From Bacteroidota bacterium (lineage in GTDB: Bacteria > Bacteroidota > Bacteroidia > 2-12-FULL-35-15), in contig JADJHE010000003.1 of NCBI GenBank assembly GCA_016707685.1, positions 5,934 through 69,933 on the forward strand: a stretch of DNA of 64,000 bases, written 5' to 3'. Shown here piece after piece: positions 50,580-60,928 of this stretch. A program made the position numbers and the translations under genes. How positions within the stretch are numbered: position 1 is the stretch's first letter; each line of letters starts with the position of its first letter. The notes beneath the pieces were generated by a model. The model saw nothing but the letters and a program-made list of their open reading frames with translations, did no database searches and had not been told where the DNA came from.

Positions 50580-53500
50580 TTAATCCTTACTTTTATAACA
50601 AGGCAAGGAAATATAAAAAGTAGTGCCTTTATTCAACTCTGTTTTAAACCAAATTTTCCCTTCACACGACTCAAGAATGTTTTTAACCATTGCAAGCCCT
50701 AGGCCCATTCCACCTGTTTTTGTGGTAAAGTTTGGTGCAAAAATCTTATCCACTACTTCGTCTGAAATACCATCGCCATTATCTGCAATACTCACCAAAT
50801 AGGTTTCGTTTTCTTTTTCAATCGAAATTTTTATTAAGCCTTTTTTGTTTTCTGGAATCGCCTGTGTTGCATTTTTAATGAGGTTGTTGAACACACGAAT
50901 TAGTTGCTCTTTATCGGCCATTACACATGCATTTTCATTAGCATTGTTTTGAAATAGTATTTCTGTCTCATCCGCTGTTTTAAACAGGTTTACAGTGTTT
51001 AAAATGGTTTCCTGCAAATTGATGCACACCAAATTAGCCTTTGGCATTTTAGCAAAATTGGAAAATTCAGTTGCAATAGAAGACAATGTATCGATTTGTT
51101 CAATAATGTTTTGTGTTAAGCGCTCCATCTTTTGATCCATATCTGGTGCATCGTCTTTGTAGGCTCGTTGTAAGTGCTGAACACTTAATTTCATTGGGGT
51201 TAATGGGTTTTTAATTTCATGTGCAACTTGTTTCGCCATTTCTCTCCAAGCGCTTTCTCGTTCACTTTTTGCGAGTAATTCAGCACTTTTCGATAGCTCA
51301 GCAATCATTCGATTGTATTCACTTACCAAATTTCCAATCTCATCTTTTTCGTGCCAAGCAATTGGTTCATTTGTTTTTCCAAGTTTGATATTACTTAATT
51401 TATCTTGAATTAACTTAAGGGGCTTGGTAACATAATTAGAAATTAGAATGGCTGTGATAATAGACAGCGCAAATAATAATACATAAATGTTGATGAGTGC
51501 AACAAGGAACCCAGAAATTTCTTTTTCTAATTCACTTTGTTTTGCAAAATAGGGAATGTTGACATAAGCCAAAGCAACACCATCTTTATTTTTGAATGGA
51601 ATGTAAGACGAAAGATATTTTAATTTTCCGATGCGCTCATCATGTATAAATTCTGTTTTTTTGGAAATAGCAATTTCTGTAAATGCCTCTGGATTCATTT
51701 TTTTAGAAGTAAGTCCTTCATCAAAAACCTTTGAACGAGAGGATGCATATAAATTTCCTTGAGGATCATAAATGTTAATATCGGTAAAGAATACGGTCGA
51801 TATTTTTTTCAAGACAAAGGTTGTATACTCAACAAAATCAGGCGAAAGAACTTTTTCGTTTTCAAATTTTGATTCTAACTCCATTAAAACAGAATGTGTT
51901 TTTTCACTTATGTTTTCTCTGTTTTTGGTTTCAAATTGTTGTTGGATATAATAAATAGTTCCGCCACCAAATAGGGCTAATGAGATTAATACAATTAATA
52001 CCAATAATGCTTGTATTCGATTTTTGAAACTAATGTTTTCAATTATTTTTCGCAGAACAAGCTGTCGTATAAACAGAATGAATAGTAACAGCAAACTAAA
52101 GAATGTAAACAAGTATGAAAATGTTGTGGCTTTTTCGATGATTCCTGTATATCGTTTGCTTAGAATAATTTTTGTTTTGTCATCAGGGGTATAAATAAGG
52201 TGCTTGTAATCGTCTTTAATAATAAAAGAAAACAATTCTGTCGTGTTTTCAAAATCAACAGGAGTGTATTCGTAACTTAGCTTTCCATATTGACTAATCA
52301 AGATACCATTCTTGTATTTTGCATAAGCATAATTGTTAATGTCTTTTGAAAGGCCAATGTTTTTGTCGAGCAACAATTCAGGAAAACCAATTTCATCTGA
52401 GATAAACTTAGCGCTCAATTCGATGTAAAGCGTTCCAAATTTAGCACTATTTTTAAGCGATTTAAAAGCACTTAATTTTGCTATGTAGTTAATTTTTCCA
52501 GATGGATTTCGAATAAAAAATAAATTGTCGCTAAGTGTCTTTTCTCCTTTTGTGGCAATTAACTCATCAAAATAAAAGTTGTTATCAAAATGCGCATTTG
52601 GTGTTTTTATGCAAGGAACACACATGCTGTCGAACAATGCAATGTGCACTTCGTATTTGTCCCAAAAGCCACTAAAATATTGTTGTTTAATACGTTTTTC
52701 ATAGTCTGATAACTGCTTTTCCGAAGCACTTAAATACGACATGAGCATTGTATCGTTTGTGATTTTTTTCTCTACATCTGAGAATAATAATTCTGCAACA
52801 GGATCTTGTTCAGCTGATAATTTTTCTGCTAAAATTTTTAACGATTCCGTTTCCTTAATTTCAGTGTGCTTGATAAAAACATGAACAGTAAAAATAGAAA
52901 ATAAGAATACCAAAAATACCACCATTGAAAACGAAAACTGTTTTTGTTTGAATGCATACAAAAGAACAATCAATACAAGTGGCCAAAGAATGACAATTAA
53001 ATCAAGTATTCCTAAAAAATGAGAAACAACAACATGAATGGTGGCTGCTGATAGAAAAAGAATAGCTGATTTTTTTGGTTTGAAATTCGTTTCTTTTATC
53101 ATTAAAACGAACTTGTGTGTAAATAAAAAATAAACAAATAGTAATAATGAAACAATGATAATGGCAATTAGTGAATACCAATTTAAAGTAAACAGATTGT
53201 TGACGCTAAAAGGAATGTTTGAATTTTTTATCAATCCAACAAGCAGTTCGTTGATGATCCATGAAAACCAAAAAAAGGCAAGTATCAAAAGAAAGGCAAT
53301 TATCGTTTTTCTTTTGATTGTAGAAATGAGTGAGTGAGCATCAAAATTATCATAGATAAAAAAGGATAGATGGAACAATAAAATTACGTTTATAAGTAAG
53401 TCGCCCAAGGAGCTAAGCCATATAGATGCAGCATCGGCAAATATGGTTGGGCCGAAAATTTCAAGTGAGTAAAAGCTGCTTGGGAAAGAAAATTTAATGG

Positions 53501-54359
53501 ACACATAGCGCAATGCAACAATTAAAACAACATATAAAACAGTAGCATACTTTTTTCCAATACTTTTTTCCAATGAACGAAACACTTGTCGAATGCTTAT
53601 GATTAAAAATAAAAATCCAATCAGGTTTAATAAAACAGAGATGTAGGTGTAAATTGAAACGTTATTGTTTGCTGGATTTAATACGAGCGAAAACAAATAA
53701 TTATCAGTTAGATTTCGAATGTCAATAGCACCTGTGGCGGGTGTGGTTATTAATTTTGTTTCAGCAGGTACGGTGAACGATTTCTGAAATTCATTAGATA
53801 GATAATTGTTTTGGTAAGGATATTCGTTTTTAATTAATATAAGACCAACAATAGTTTTGGTCGTATTTGCATTGGTATAAGGGTGCATCACCTCAAACCA
53901 GCCATTTTTTAGCTTTGCAATTTTAGTATCTAAACAAACTTCACGTATCCAGTTTTCAACAGCAATTGAATTGTCGCTCCAAAATTTAAGCGTGTCGTTT
54001 TCATAGATGAGGAGGGCTATGCCGTCTTCCGTTAAAAGATTCTTGTAGCGAGTGTTGTAATTTGAAAAGAGTTCTTGGTAGTTTTGTTTTTCTGTAGCTT
54101 TTGCAAGCAAAAGCATTTCTTCGTTTAATTTTTGTTCCTTTTCATGTAATGTCTTTTCAAAATCACTAATGGTAATGGTTTTTACATTACTGTTCGAATT
54201 ATATAAAAGGTGAGCTGCACTGAATAGAACAGCTGCAATAAGTGGAAAAAAAAGTTTATTTTTAAAAATGTTTTTCAAGAAGGTGTTTTTCTTTATTTTT
54301 ACTACAAAAGCAAAAGTACGTTTTTTATTATCTTGGGGCTTAAAAGCCTCATAAATCAT
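50580..54359 (-). CDS. Large multi-pass membrane sensor histidine kinase (7TM-DISM-like sensor plus HAMP, HisKA, HATPase)
   Basis: 1259 aa. Extracytoplasmic N-terminal domain, then a ~7-helix TM block, then HisKA (…VAHEIKNPLTPMKLSVQHLQ…) and HATPase (…GGMGLGLAMVKNILE…). Confidence 0.8.
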   Translation of the reverse strand: MIYEAFKPQDNKKRTFAFVVKIKKNTFLKNIFKNKLFFPLIAAVLFSAAHLLYNSNSNVKTITISDFEKTLHEKEQKLNEEMLLLAKATEKQNYQELFSNYNTRYKNLLTEDGIALLIYENDTLKFWSDNSIAVENWIREVCLDTKIAKLKNGWFEVMHPYTNANTTKTIVGLILIKNEYPYQNNYLSNEFQKSFTVPAETKLITTPATGAIDIRNLTDNYLFSLVLNPANNNVSIYTYISVLLNLIGFLFLIISIRQVFRSLEKSIGKKYATVLYVVLIVALRYVSIKFSFPSSFYSLEIFGPTIFADAASIWLSSLGDLLINVILLFHLSFFIYDNFDAHSLISTIKRKTIIAFLLILAFFWFSWIINELLVGLIKNSNIPFSVNNLFTLNWYSLIAIIIVSLLLFVYFLFTHKFVLMIKETNFKPKKSAILFLSAATIHVVVSHFLGILDLIVILWPLVLIVLLYAFKQKQFSFSMVVFLVFLFSIFTVHVFIKHTEIKETESLKILAEKLSAEQDPVAELLFSDVEKKITNDTMLMSYLSASEKQLSDYEKRIKQQYFSGFWDKYEVHIALFDSMCVPCIKTPNAHFDNNFYFDELIATKGEKTLSDNLFFIRNPSGKINYIAKLSAFKSLKNSAKFGTLYIELSAKFISDEIGFPELLLDKNIGLSKDINNYAYAKYKNGILISQYGKLSYEYTPVDFENTTELFSFIIKDDYKHLIYTPDDKTKIILSKRYTGIIEKATTFSYLFTFFSLLLLFILFIRQLVLRKIIENISFKNRIQALLVLIVLISLALFGGGTIYYIQQQFETKNRENISEKTHSVLMELESKFENEKVLSPDFVEYTTFVLKKISTVFFTDINIYDPQGNLYASSRSKVFDEGLTSKKMNPEAFTEIAISKKTEFIHDERIGKLKYLSSYIPFKNKDGVALAYVNIPYFAKQSELEKEISGFLVALINIYVLLFALSIITAILISNYVTKPLKLIQDKLSNIKLGKTNEPIAWHEKDEIGNLVSEYNRMIAELSKSAELLAKSERESAWREMAKQVAHEIKNPLTPMKLSVQHLQRAYKDDAPDMDQKMERLTQNIIEQIDTLSSIATEFSNFAKMPKANLVCINLQETILNTVNLFKTADETEILFQNNANENACVMADKEQLIRVFNNLIKNATQAIPENKKGLIKISIEKENETYLVSIADNGDGISDEVVDKIFAPNFTTKTGGMGLGLAMVKNILESCEGKIWFKTELNKGTTFYISLPCYKSKD

Positions 54360-54370
54360 ACCATTAAATT

Positions 54371-56248
54371 ATGAAAACAAAAGCCGAAAAGAAAAGTAAT
54401 TCTTCAATAACAGCGAATACTTTTTCATTTAGCTCCTTTAGGGTTCAATCGTTTCTGTTGATTATTGTTGGCTTAATTTTTTATGCGAATTCATTTAAAA
54501 ATGAATATGCATTGGATGATGGGATTGTAATTATTAAAAATGAATATGTACAACAAGGCTTGCGTGGTGTTCCTAAAATTTTAAAAACAGATTCATACGA
54601 TAGTTTTTACAAACAAATGAATGCAAAGCAACAATTGTCCGGTGGTCGTTATCGTCCGCTTTCGGTTGTAACATTTGCTTTGGAAGAGCAATTTTTTGGA
54701 AATGGAGATAAGGAAAAGCCCTCTGATACTGTTACTTACGTTAGGCATGTTGTTAATGTTTTGCTATACATATTTTCAATTATTGTTTTGCTCTATTTCT
54801 TGAGAAATTCAATTTTCAAACAAAATGTGTATATTCCTTTTTTAACATGCCTCATTTTTTTAATACACCCCCTACATACTGAAGTTGTTGCGAATGTTAA
54901 AAGCAGAGACGAAATTCTATCTTTTCTTTTTATCATTCTTACACTTATAACTGCACTTCGTTATCGTGAAGAAAAAAGCACAAAAATGCTTTTTTGGACA
55001 TTGACCTTTTATTTTTTGGCATTATTGTCGAAGGAATATGCCATTACGCTTTTAATAATTTTACCATTATTGTTTTATGTTTTATTGAACAAGACAATTA
55101 AAGAAAGTCTTCAACATACAATACCCTACTTTATTGTTGCTGCTGTTTATTTATTAATCCGTTTTTCGGTTGTGGGTGTTGGCAGCACTCAGGAGAATAC
55201 GGATGTTTTGAATAATCCTTATATGTTTGCTACATCAGTCGAAAAAAAGGCGACTCAACTAGAAGTTTTAAATCATTACTTAAAACTGCTTTTTTACCCG
55301 CATCCTTTATCAAGCGACTATTCATACAGCACAATTCCATATACCAATTTTTCTAATCCAATGGTTTGGTTTTCGATTGTATTTACGCTCTCCTTGATTG
55401 TATTAACGTTTTACTTTTTCAATAAAAGAAACATTATCTCTTTTGCTTTAGCATTTTACCTGCTTCATTTGTTTATGGTCTCCAATCTTGTAATGGATAT
55501 TGGTGCAACAATGGGTGAACGATTGGTATATCATTCGTCTTTTGGTTTTGCGTTAGTAATGGCGATACTTATTGATTTTGCATTGAAAAAAATCACAAAC
55601 CAAAAGTCAAAAGAGAGTATTGTAATTGTGCTAAGTCTATTAATTAGCATTCCTTGTGCATCTATTGTTATTGAACGCAACGGGGATTGGGTAAATGATA
55701 AAAAACTGTTTACTACAGATGCACTAACTGTTCCTAACAGTGCTTTGGTAAATGGGAATGCAGGGAAAGCATATGTTGATTTATCGGAGATGGAAGATAA
55801 CAAACCGATGGAGGCTGAATTATTAAAAAAGGCAGAGTACCATTTAAAAAAATCTGTTGAAATTCATCCCAAATATGTAAATGGCTATTTGAATTTAGGC
55901 GTGGTTTATTTTAAGCTAAAGGACTATAAAAAAACGGAAGAGTATTGGAATGTTGCAAAAAAAATATTTCCTAATAATCCCTTATTAAAAAGAAATTTTC
56001 AGGTTTTAGCAACCACTTATTTTAATGAAGCGATGACAACAGGAGAGAAAGATATAAAAAATGCAATTGTTGGTTTGGAAAAAGCATGTGAGCTTGATCC
56101 AAGTAATGCAGAATATTGGTACAATCTGGGTGGTGCAAGTTTTACAGCAAAAGAATACGAAAAAGCAAAAAATGCTTGGACCAAAACACTTCAGCTAAAG
56201 CCGGGCTATGTTCAGGCACAACAAGGACTTTTGGCTATTCCTAAATAA
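54371..56248 (+). CDS. TMTC-like membrane protein: DUF1736/PMT_2-like multi-TM N-terminus with C-terminal TPR repeats
   Basis: …GRYRPLSVVTFALEEQFFG… (DUF1736-type motif), about 10 TM helices, then TPR repeats (…AEYWYNLGGASFTAKEYEKAKNAW…). Confidence 0.6.
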   Translation: MKTKAEKKSNSSITANTFSFSSFRVQSFLLIIVGLIFYANSFKNEYALDDGIVIIKNEYVQQGLRGVPKILKTDSYDSFYKQMNAKQQLSGGRYRPLSVVTFALEEQFFGNGDKEKPSDTVTYVRHVVNVLLYIFSIIVLLYFLRNSIFKQNVYIPFLTCLIFLIHPLHTEVVANVKSRDEILSFLFIILTLITALRYREEKSTKMLFWTLTFYFLALLSKEYAITLLIILPLLFYVLLNKTIKESLQHTIPYFIVAAVYLLIRFSVVGVGSTQENTDVLNNPYMFATSVEKKATQLEVLNHYLKLLFYPHPLSSDYSYSTIPYTNFSNPMVWFSIVFTLSLIVLTFYFFNKRNIISFALAFYLLHLFMVSNLVMDIGATMGERLVYHSSFGFALVMAILIDFALKKITNQKSKESIVIVLSLLISIPCASIVIERNGDWVNDKKLFTTDALTVPNSALVNGNAGKAYVDLSEMEDNKPMEAELLKKAEYHLKKSVEIHPKYVNGYLNLGVVYFKLKDYKKTEEYWNVAKKIFPNNPLLKRNFQVLATTYFNEAMTTGEKDIKNAIVGLEKACELDPSNAEYWYNLGGASFTAKEYEKAKNAWTKTLQLKPGYVQAQQGLLAIPK

Positions 56249-56342
56249 AAAAAAAGGGAGTTAAGTAAGTTTTTTCAATTTTCGGTTTTTGTGTGTATTT
56301 AAAAAAACTCACATTTGTACCGTAACCACATACAAAACATTT

Positions 56343-56984
56343 ATGAAAAAATTAATTACAGTAATTGCAGTAACGTTAATTTCGTTTACTGGATTTTCGC
56401 AAGCATTTAAGTTTGGAACAATCACAGCCGATTTAGGAACCGGTTTTGGTATTTATGGAATCCGTGCGTATTCACCAATAAATCAATCTGAACATTCTGG
56501 AATTGGCTTTGTTGGCTCTTTACCAATTGTGAATGCGGAATTTGGATTAACCAAATTTTTAGGAATTGGCGGTCGTTTTCGCAGAGGAACATACGGCAAA
56601 AGTGGAATAAACAAGTTGAGAGGCAATGATATGATGCTTCGTCTGAATTTTCATGTTGCTAACAAAAACGACAAATTCGACTTAGCTATTGGTGCTGGCT
56701 ATGGGTTAAGCTCTTTTGGAGGAGATATTAGCGACACGGAATATTTAAGAACAAAGGGCAGTGTTTTAAACATTCATGTTACTCCGCATTTGTATTTTGG
56801 AAAATATGTTGGAATGTTTTTGAGTGTTGGATACAACAAGCATATGTTGAATAGAAACATTGAGATGAAAGACAGTGCTGGTAAAGTATGGACCAATGCA
56901 GATGGCGCTACTTGGAATATGGGTGGTGTTTATTTTGAATTTGGTGTTGCCGGACGATTTGATTTGTTTAATAAAGGAGAATAG
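56343..56984 (+). CDS. Outer-membrane β-barrel (porin-like) protein
   Basis: Signal peptide MKKLITVIAVTLISFTGFSQA. Alternating hydrophobic β-strands. The C-terminal aromatic terminus (…GRFDLFNKGE) is weak. Confidence 0.5.
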   Translation: MKKLITVIAVTLISFTGFSQAFKFGTITADLGTGFGIYGIRAYSPINQSEHSGIGFVGSLPIVNAEFGLTKFLGIGGRFRRGTYGKSGINKLRGNDMMLRLNFHVANKNDKFDLAIGAGYGLSSFGGDISDTEYLRTKGSVLNIHVTPHLYFGKYVGMFLSVGYNKHMLNRNIEMKDSAGKVWTNADGATWNMGGVYFEFGVAGRFDLFNKGE

Positions 56985-56988
56985 TATT

Positions 56989-58683
56989 ATGAAAAACTAC
57001 ATTAAAAAAATAGGAATTAGCGTAGCTATAATTTTAAGTACAGCTAGTGTTTATGCTCAATCATTTCAATTAGTAAATAATATAAATCAATCGCCTGATG
57101 ATGCGGGATTATTTTTGAACTGTTCATTTAGAGAAATGAACGGAAAGTTATACTATTTGTTTACAGACCAATCGATAGGAAAAACAGGATTATTTACCTC
57201 CGATGGAACAAATGCAGGGACGTACAGGGTTTCTCCAAGTAATTTGGACATTTCAGGAAACATAATTCAGGGTGGAAATAAACTTTATTTTTTTGCTTCG
57301 GATGGCATAAACGGGAAAGAGCCTTGGGTTTCGGATGGAACATTAGCGGGAACGCAAATGCTAAAAAATATTCACAGTACAACAGATCCTTTTAATTTTG
57401 AAACAAATAGCGCAGTATTTCTTTCTGCTGATTCTACAAAAGCATTTTTTGCTGCAAATGATGGGACAACAGGAAATGAACTTTGGGTTACTGACGGCAC
57501 AACTGCAGGAACCGTTTTTGTAATGGATATTTTTGATGGAACAAATGATAGTCAAATTAAGGTAGCACCTTCTGCAATGGGCAGCAATATGAAAGATGGC
57601 AAACTTTATTTTTTTGCAGTTAATGGAACAGGTGGCTTTACGGTTAACGGGATGGAACCTTGGGTTAGCGATGGAACATCTGCAGGTACATTTATGTTGA
57701 AGGATATTCAGGCAGGTTACAATCCGTCTTCTCAATCATCTAACACAAAGCACTTTGTTGAGTTCAATAATAAGATGTATTTTTTTGCAGCAGGGAGCGC
57801 TGGAAACGGTTTGTGGGAAACGGATGGAACGACCACGGGAACACAGCTGGTTTATGGTACAACAATTTATCGTATTGATGAATTTTTGGTGCATAATAAC
57901 CTTTTGTATTTTACTCATTCAAATGGTCCTACTTTATATACATCAGATGGAACAACAGCAGGAACGAATTTATTAACAACTATACCTAACGCTCAACTCA
58001 ACAATATTGGTACTTGCCAAATGGTTGTAGCAAATAATACATTGTATTTTAGAGTGGTAAGTAATTCCTTGGGTTCAGAATTGTTTATGTTGGATGGGAG
58101 CAATCAAATAGTGAATGTAAAAGACATTCAAACAGGGATTACAAACGGTATAGTCGGAAACATTTATCAAGAAAGAAAAGTGTTGCAAGTATATGATAAT
58201 AAAGTTTGGTTTTTAGGTTCTGATGGTTCTTTTAGTGGAGCATTGCAGGTATGGCAATCAGATGGAACAAATATGGGTACGATTGCTTTATCACCATTAA
58301 ACAACGATGGTGGATGGGCCGGTGGAAATGGAAACGGGTATAATATTTTTGCTACAACATTTGGAGTGTTTATGATTTATAACAATCCTACTACTGGTGC
58401 AGAATTGTATTTTTATAATGGTTTGCCAACATCATTACAAGACGGAGCAGAGGTATTATCAAATGTTGTTTTGTATCCCAATCCAGCAACAGATTTAGTA
58501 AATATCACATCAGATGATGTAATTATTTCCAAGAGAATCTATAATGCATTTGGACAGATGATTCAAGAAATTCAAGGAGAATCAACAAAAATTGATGTTT
58601 CAGAATATAAAGTAGGATTATATTTTGTAGTAATTACAACCAAAAACGAAAAGAGCAAAAAATCAAAATTTATTAAAAAATAG
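56989..58683 (+). CDS. ELWxxDGT-repeat protein with T9SS C-terminal sorting domain
   Basis: Signal peptide. Repeats ELWVTDGTTAGT / EPWVSDGTLAGT / GLWETDGTTTGT / QVWQSDGTNMGT… CTD …VLYPNPATDLVNITS…GLYFVVITTKNEKSKKSKFIKK. Confidence 0.75.
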   Translation: MKNYIKKIGISVAIILSTASVYAQSFQLVNNINQSPDDAGLFLNCSFREMNGKLYYLFTDQSIGKTGLFTSDGTNAGTYRVSPSNLDISGNIIQGGNKLYFFASDGINGKEPWVSDGTLAGTQMLKNIHSTTDPFNFETNSAVFLSADSTKAFFAANDGTTGNELWVTDGTTAGTVFVMDIFDGTNDSQIKVAPSAMGSNMKDGKLYFFAVNGTGGFTVNGMEPWVSDGTSAGTFMLKDIQAGYNPSSQSSNTKHFVEFNNKMYFFAAGSAGNGLWETDGTTTGTQLVYGTTIYRIDEFLVHNNLLYFTHSNGPTLYTSDGTTAGTNLLTTIPNAQLNNIGTCQMVVANNTLYFRVVSNSLGSELFMLDGSNQIVNVKDIQTGITNGIVGNIYQERKVLQVYDNKVWFLGSDGSFSGALQVWQSDGTNMGTIALSPLNNDGGWAGGNGNGYNIFATTFGVFMIYNNPTTGAELYFYNGLPTSLQDGAEVLSNVVLYPNPATDLVNITSDDVIISKRIYNAFGQMIQEIQGESTKIDVSEYKVGLYFVVITTKNEKSKKSKFIKK

Positions 58684-58686
58684 AAA

Positions 58687-58899
58687 ATGAAAAAGGGAAT
58701 TATTTTATTATCATTGTTAGCATGGTTGAGTTCTTGCAAGAAGGAATACACGTGTGTGTGCACCGTCATAAGCACGGGTGAGCGTTCAGAAGGGGATAAA
58801 ATAAAAACGGGTAACCTTGAAAAGGAAGGATACGAAGAAGCATGTAAATCGAATGAATCGGTTTATAGTGACTTAAAAGATTGTCATTTAGAGGAATAG
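58687..58899 (+). CDS. Small Cys-rich lipoprotein (70 aa), hypothetical
   Basis: Lipobox …LAWLSSCKK. Six Cys residues. Followed directly by a strong terminator. Confidence 0.35.
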   Translation: MKKGIILLSLLAWLSSCKKEYTCVCTVISTGERSEGDKIKTGNLEKEGYEEACKSNESVYSDLKDCHLEE

Positions 58900-58917
58900 A
58901 ATCTATGATCAAAAAAT

Positions 58918-58945
58918 AAAGGCTTCTTAATTTAAGAAGCCTTTA
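58918..58945. terminator. Bidirectional rho-independent terminator
   Basis: aaaaaataAAGGCTTCTTAAtttAAGAAGCCTTTatttttt. Confidence 0.7.
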
Positions 58946-59471
58946 TTTTTTGTTCTATAAGTGTGGTCGAAAAGCCTTCCAGGAATTCGATTGTATTTAC
59001 TTCTCCACCAGCAGCCTTTACTATATCGGAACCAACAATGTATTTTTTGCTTGCTTTGTCGGTTTCATTTGCATCGTAATCAGCACCTTTTACGAGTACA
59101 TTTGGTTGAATAAAGTTGATTAAATCGTAAGGTGTATCCTCATCAAAAATAATAACGCCCGAAACAAAATGTAGGGATGCAATAATCATTGCACGCGTTT
59201 GTTCGTCTTGTAGCGGACGAGTAGCCGATTTCCCTAAGCGTTTTACCGAAGCATCGCTATTGATGCCAACAAAAAGTGTTGCTCCTAAATCGCTTGCCTT
59301 CGCCAAATAATCAATGTGTCCGCGGTGAACAATGTCGAAACAACCGTTTGTAAAAACAACTTTTCCTCCTTTAAATTTTGAAATAGCAACTGCCTTACGA
59401 AGCACTTCTATTGAAAGTATTTTCGATTGGATAACATCTAAAGCAGATTGTTTATGCGTAAAAGGAACCAT
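58932..59471 (-). CDS. D-glycero-β-D-manno-heptose-1-phosphate adenylyltransferase-like cytidylyltransferase (RfaE domain II family)
   Basis: …VVFTNGCFDIVHRGHIDYL… is the (H/T)xGH nucleotidyltransferase motif. Length 179 aa. Confidence 0.7.
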   Translation of the reverse strand: MVPFTHKQSALDVIQSKILSIEVLRKAVAISKFKGGKVVFTNGCFDIVHRGHIDYLAKASDLGATLFVGINSDASVKRLGKSATRPLQDEQTRAMIIASLHFVSGVIIFDEDTPYDLINFIQPNVLVKGADYDANETDKASKKYIVGSDIVKAAGGEVNTIEFLEGFSTTLIEQKIKAS

Positions 59472-59473
59472 TG

Positions 59474-60487
59474 TTAAATTATTTTTTTAGTCTTGTTAAA
59501 TAGTGGTAATAATATTAATGATACTAATCCTAGGCCAAGGATTAATAGTATTTGTGATGACCAAACCGACCATGCAAATGCAAAAGAACTTGTTTCGGAA
59601 GCAAAATAAACGGTTGTTAAAATTTGAATAACAATGGCTTGATAAACACCTGTTCCGCCAGGAACAACAGCAATTGCCAAGCTTCCAAATATTGTAATTA
59701 CCATTGCAACCACAAATGATAAATGCGCTAAATCGCTGAAAGCTAAGAATACCACATACACTTGTAACACATATAAAAACCAGATTAAAATAGTTTGAGC
59801 AATGTATAACCAAGGCTTTTTAACATTTTTAATACTTACCAGACCTTCTTTTAAACCAATGATAAATCCTTTTACTTTCTCAGAAAAAAGGTTTTTTATT
59901 TTTTTACGGAAGTAATAAAATGTTGCTACAATAAGTAATAATGCGATTCCGATGATTAGCAAGAAAACTTTTTTTTGCATCAATGCATTGAACTTTTCAT
60001 TGAGTGCATTAAGAAATAAATCATTCGCTAATCCAGCAATTTTTTCAAACTCCAATGCAAGTGTAAGGAAGAATAAAACGATTAAACAAATGACATCCAA
60101 TGCACGTTCGGCTACAACAGTACCAAAGCCTTGTACAAACGGAACATTTGAATAACGTGTTAACACACCACAGCGTGTTGCTTCACCTATGCGTGGAATT
60201 CCAAGATTAGCTATGTAACCAATCATTACAGCAAAAAAAGCATTGGCAGTGCTAGGTTTATGTCCAAGAGGCTCTAAAGCCATTTTCCATCGAGTAGCTC
60301 TAAAAAAATGACTGAAACCGCTTACAATAAGCGACATGAAAATCCAGAAATAATTGGATTGTTGAATTGCAACTTTAATGCTGTTCAACTCTTCAGACGT
60401 TTTGTCTTTGATAGCTAACCATACTAAAAAGATACCCAATGCTAAAAAGAAAAGGACTTTTAATATGTTGCTTAGCTTTTTATTCAA
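59474..60487 (-). CDS. Lysylphosphatidylglycerol-synthase-TM-like / flippase-like domain (UPF0104) membrane protein
   Basis: 337 aa, eight TM helices, conserved …RATRWKM… loop. The family call is from general architecture. Confidence 0.5.
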   Translation of the reverse strand: MNKKLSNILKVLFFLALGIFLVWLAIKDKTSEELNSIKVAIQQSNYFWIFMSLIVSGFSHFFRATRWKMALEPLGHKPSTANAFFAVMIGYIANLGIPRIGEATRCGVLTRYSNVPFVQGFGTVVAERALDVICLIVLFFLTLALEFEKIAGLANDLFLNALNEKFNALMQKKVFLLIIGIALLLIVATFYYFRKKIKNLFSEKVKGFIIGLKEGLVSIKNVKKPWLYIAQTILIWFLYVLQVYVVFLAFSDLAHLSFVVAMVITIFGSLAIAVVPGGTGVYQAIVIQILTTVYFASETSSFAFAWSVWSSQILLILGLGLVSLILLPLFNKTKKII

Positions 60488-60489
60488 AA

Positions 60490-60840
60490 TTATTTGAGGG
60501 TATTTGTTTTTGTATCAGGAAAAACAACGGTTGGTTGGTGTTTTTTAGCCAATTCAAAATCCATTGTTGCATAGGATACAATAATGATTTCATGTCCTAC
60601 TTTTACTTTTAATGAAGCAGGTCCATTCAAGCATATAACTCTTGAACCACGTTCTCCTTTAATAACGTATGTTGTAAAACGTTCACCGTTGTTATAGTTA
60701 AAAATATCCACCTTTTCGTTTTCGATTAGGTTGGCAGCATCCATTAAATTTTCATCAATGGTTACAGAACCAATATAATCTAAATCGGCTTGTGTTACAG
60801 TAACACGGTGTATTTTTGATTTTAGTACTTCTATTTGCAT
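60490..60840 (-). CDS. panD: Aspartate 1-decarboxylase
   Basis: …[22 protein letters not shown]… includes the Gly-Ser self-cleavage site. Length 116 aa. Confidence 0.9.
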   Translation of the reverse strand: MQIEVLKSKIHRVTVTQADLDYIGSVTIDENLMDAANLIENEKVDIFNYNNGERFTTYVIKGERGSRVICLNGPASLKVKVGHEIIIVSYATMDFELAKKHQPTVVFPDTKTNTLK

Positions 60841-60928
60841 AACGGCTGCAAAACTAATTAAATAAATTTAATTAAAAGGTAGTTTTTTAGACGAATGGAT
60901 TGCAAAAGGGAATTAAAAGGATAGAATA

